Shown piece after piece: positions 1 to 284 of a DNA stretch of 284 nucleotides (position 1 is its first letter; each line of letters begins with the position of its first letter). The stretch comes from a phage. The notes beneath the pieces were generated by a model. It did not search any database, was not told the DNA's origin, and worked only from the letters and a program-made list of their open reading frames with translations. A program made the translations under genes and the position numbers. Location: the sequence record BH153090.1, one strand, 5' to 3'.

Positions 1-65
1 ATTGCAATCATAACAACAACCATACAGAAAGCCATTACCATTGAAGTTAACATTTGTTCAACCAT
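1..65 (-). CDS. Candidate N-terminus of a small hydrophobic/membrane protein (continues beyond the left window edge); competes with other readings of this region
   Basis: Minus-strand ATG at 65..63 is followed by an open frame to position 1: MVEQMLTSMVMAFCMVVVMIA... It is preceded by AAGGTG (minus strand, + coordinates 76..71) with 5 nt spacing. The peptide is hydrophobic and Met/Val-rich, with T at codon position 2 in 14 of 21 codons. The region is only 32% GC, and every non-Met codon but one ends in A/T, unlike the + ORF. A 21-codon open frame has roughly a 15-20% chance of arising by chance at this composition. Confidence 0.25.
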   Translation of the reverse strand, partial: MVEQMLTSMVMAFCMVVVMIA

Positions 66-67
66 TA
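19..67. repeat. Repeated ACCAT(T)A / CCATTA motif, four copies, beside an (AAC)3 run at 12-20
   Basis: ACCATA at 19-24, CCATTACCATT in tandem at 32-42 and ACCATTA at 61-67; (AAC)3 at 12-20. On the minus strand these read ATGGT(T/A) and account for most of the Met-Val codons of the candidate minus-strand ORF. Functional meaning is unknown. Confidence 0.25.
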
Positions 68-82
68 TCACACCTTTAAAGT
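41..82 (+). promoter_or_regulatory. Candidate sigma70-type promoter region for the + strand ORF (weak matches)
   Basis: Two weak arrangements are possible. One is TTGTTC (54-59), a 17-bp spacer, then TAAAGT (77-82, with the T1, A2 and T6 positions conserved), which would put the transcript start near 89-90 and leave a leader of about 12 nt. The other is TTGAAG (41-46), a 16-bp spacer, then CATTAT (63-68). Neither is close to consensus. Placement rests on the AT-rich context and the position upstream of the ATG at 102. Confidence 0.2.
71..76 (-). promoter_or_regulatory. Putative ribosome-binding site (AAGGTG) for the minus-strand candidate ORF
   Basis: The minus strand reads aaAGGTGtgataATG, placing a Shine-Dalgarno-like AGGTG 5 nt upstream of the ATG at 65..63. 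The same bases can also be read as an extended -10 element (TGtGATAAT, minus strand, + coordinates 72..64), so the assignment is ambiguous. Confidence 0.25.
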
Positions 83-101
83 CATAGACGCATAAACATT
101 A

Positions 102-284
102 ATGCCAGGCCAGTTAGGATCTTATCAAATTCTTTTTCGATCAGCGTTAGATCACCGCTTAATTGACGCGTACAAAGCGATTGACGAGTGTCCTGATCTG
201 GTATACTCGACGGCAAAAAGACCGCAAAAGAATCCTGTTACTGTCTATGCTCTGCAACAATACTTGACAGCTTACATTGGATTG
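102..284 (+). CDS. Hypothetical protein, N-terminal fragment (61 codons; 3' end lies beyond the window)
   Basis: ATG at 102-104 is the first start codon after an in-frame TAA at 93-95, and the frame stays open to position 284. Translation: MPGQLGSYQILFRSALDHRLIDAYKAIDECPDLVYSTAKRPQKNPVTVYALQQYLTAYIGL. GC by codon position looks coding-like (pos1 about 52%, pos2 about 38%, pos3 about 39%) and the composition is balanced (4 D, 1 E, 3 K, 3 R, 8 L, 6 A, 6 Y). There is no Shine-Dalgarno-like purine run in the 14 nt upstream (acgcataaacatta), which lowers confidence in the exact start. I do not recognise the product. Confidence 0.5.
   Translation, partial: MPGQLGSYQILFRSALDHRLIDAYKAIDECPDLVYSTAKRPQKNPVTVYALQQYLTAYIGL
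118..198. repeat. Cluster of four GATC tetranucleotides (118, 139, 150, 195), absent from the rest of the window
   Basis: GATC occurs at 118-121, 139-142, 150-153 and 195-198. Spacings are 21, 11 and 45 bp; the first two approximate whole helical turns. About 0.3 sites would be expected by chance in 81 bp. The presence of the sites is certain; the confidence value refers to functional significance. Confidence 0.3.
181..207 (+). promoter_or_regulatory. Candidate internal sigma70-like promoter with extended -10 (TTGACG, 15-bp spacer, TGgTATACT) inside the + ORF
   Basis: -35-like TTGACG at 181-186 matches TTGACA at 5 of 6 positions. TG at 199-200 followed by TATACT at 202-207 matches TGnTATAAT at 5 of 6 hexamer positions plus the TG. 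The 15-bp spacer is at the short end of the functional range. A GATC site (195-198) lies within the spacer. This could be a chance match inside coding sequence. Confidence 0.2.

Noticed and set aside
65-73. DnaA-box-like sequences TTATCACAC (65-73) and TTATCAAAT (123-131), plus a 13-mer-like GATCTTATCAAAT at 118-130, suggesting a replication origin
   Set aside because: Each has several mismatches to TTATNCACA or to GATCTnTTnTTTT, and there is no array of correctly spaced boxes or adjacent AT-rich unwinding repeats. This is too weak to call an origin.
1-87. Plus-strand frame 1 open from the window start to TAG at 85-87 (IAIITTTIQKAITIEVNICSTIITPLKS*), read as the C-terminus of an upstream gene in an operon with the ORF at 102
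   Set aside because: Not excluded, but there is no independent support. The region is AT-rich at 32% GC, GC at codon position 1 (about 21%) is lower than at position 2 (about 43%), which is atypical for coding sequence, and a 28-codon open frame has about a 15% chance of arising at this composition. It is kept as an alternative in the findings rather than annotated.
118-142. T-run at 133-137 as a possible intrinsic terminator
   Set aside because: There is no GC-rich stem-loop immediately upstream. Only the 4-bp self-complementary GATC sites could pair, and the run lies inside the open reading frame.
1-206. Short perfect palindromes ATTGCAAT (1-8), GTTAAC (46-51), ACGCGT (166-171) and GTATAC (201-206), and the weak inverted repeat TTGAA...TTCAA (41-45 and 57-61)
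   Set aside because: Palindromes of 6-8 bp and a 5-bp inverted repeat are expected at about this frequency by chance in 284 bp. There are no extended arms and no repeated arrangement that would indicate an operator or terminal inverted repeat.
211-230. Tandem near-repeat cGGCAAAAAG / cCGCAAAAG with A-tracts about 11 bp apart
   Set aside because: There are only two copies, inside coding sequence (encoding TAKRPQK). This is insufficient to infer DNA bending or a regulatory repeat.
159-284. Minus-strand open frame entering from the right edge (284 down to 162) and ending at TAA 161..159, encoding ...QSNVSCQVLLQSIDSNRILLRSFCRRVYQIRTLVNRFVRVN*
   Set aside because: It is antisense to the better-supported + ORF. 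Its composition is unnatural (7 R, 0 K, 0 E, and rich in S and C) and G at codon position 1 is low (about 17%). It is most likely a shadow frame of the + strand gene.
1-284. tRNA, rRNA, CRISPR repeat-spacer array, or insertion-sequence/transposon terminal inverted repeats
   Set aside because: No cloverleaf-capable G-rich segment, no regularly spaced direct repeats of 20 bp or more, and no recognisable terminal inverted repeats were found.

Overview
This 284-bp window has two compositionally distinct parts. Positions 1-100 are A/C-rich and G-depleted on the + strand (about 32% GC, only 9 G) and carry short repeated motifs. Positions 101-284 are about 42% GC and hold an ATG-initiated open reading frame (102-284, + strand) that runs off the right edge. 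I do not recognise the 61-residue N-terminal fragment it encodes, so I cannot assign a product or name a defence, mobile or other system from this window alone. No tRNA, rRNA, CRISPR repeats, insertion-sequence ends or convincing intrinsic terminators are visible. The left 100 bp is ambiguous: it could be an intergenic promoter/leader region, the start of a divergent minus-strand gene for a hydrophobic peptide, or the tail of an upstream plus-strand gene. Secondary observations are a cluster of four GATC sites confined to 118-198 and a sigma70-like promoter motif inside the ORF. All counts and coordinates were worked out by hand from the sequence; no database search was possible.
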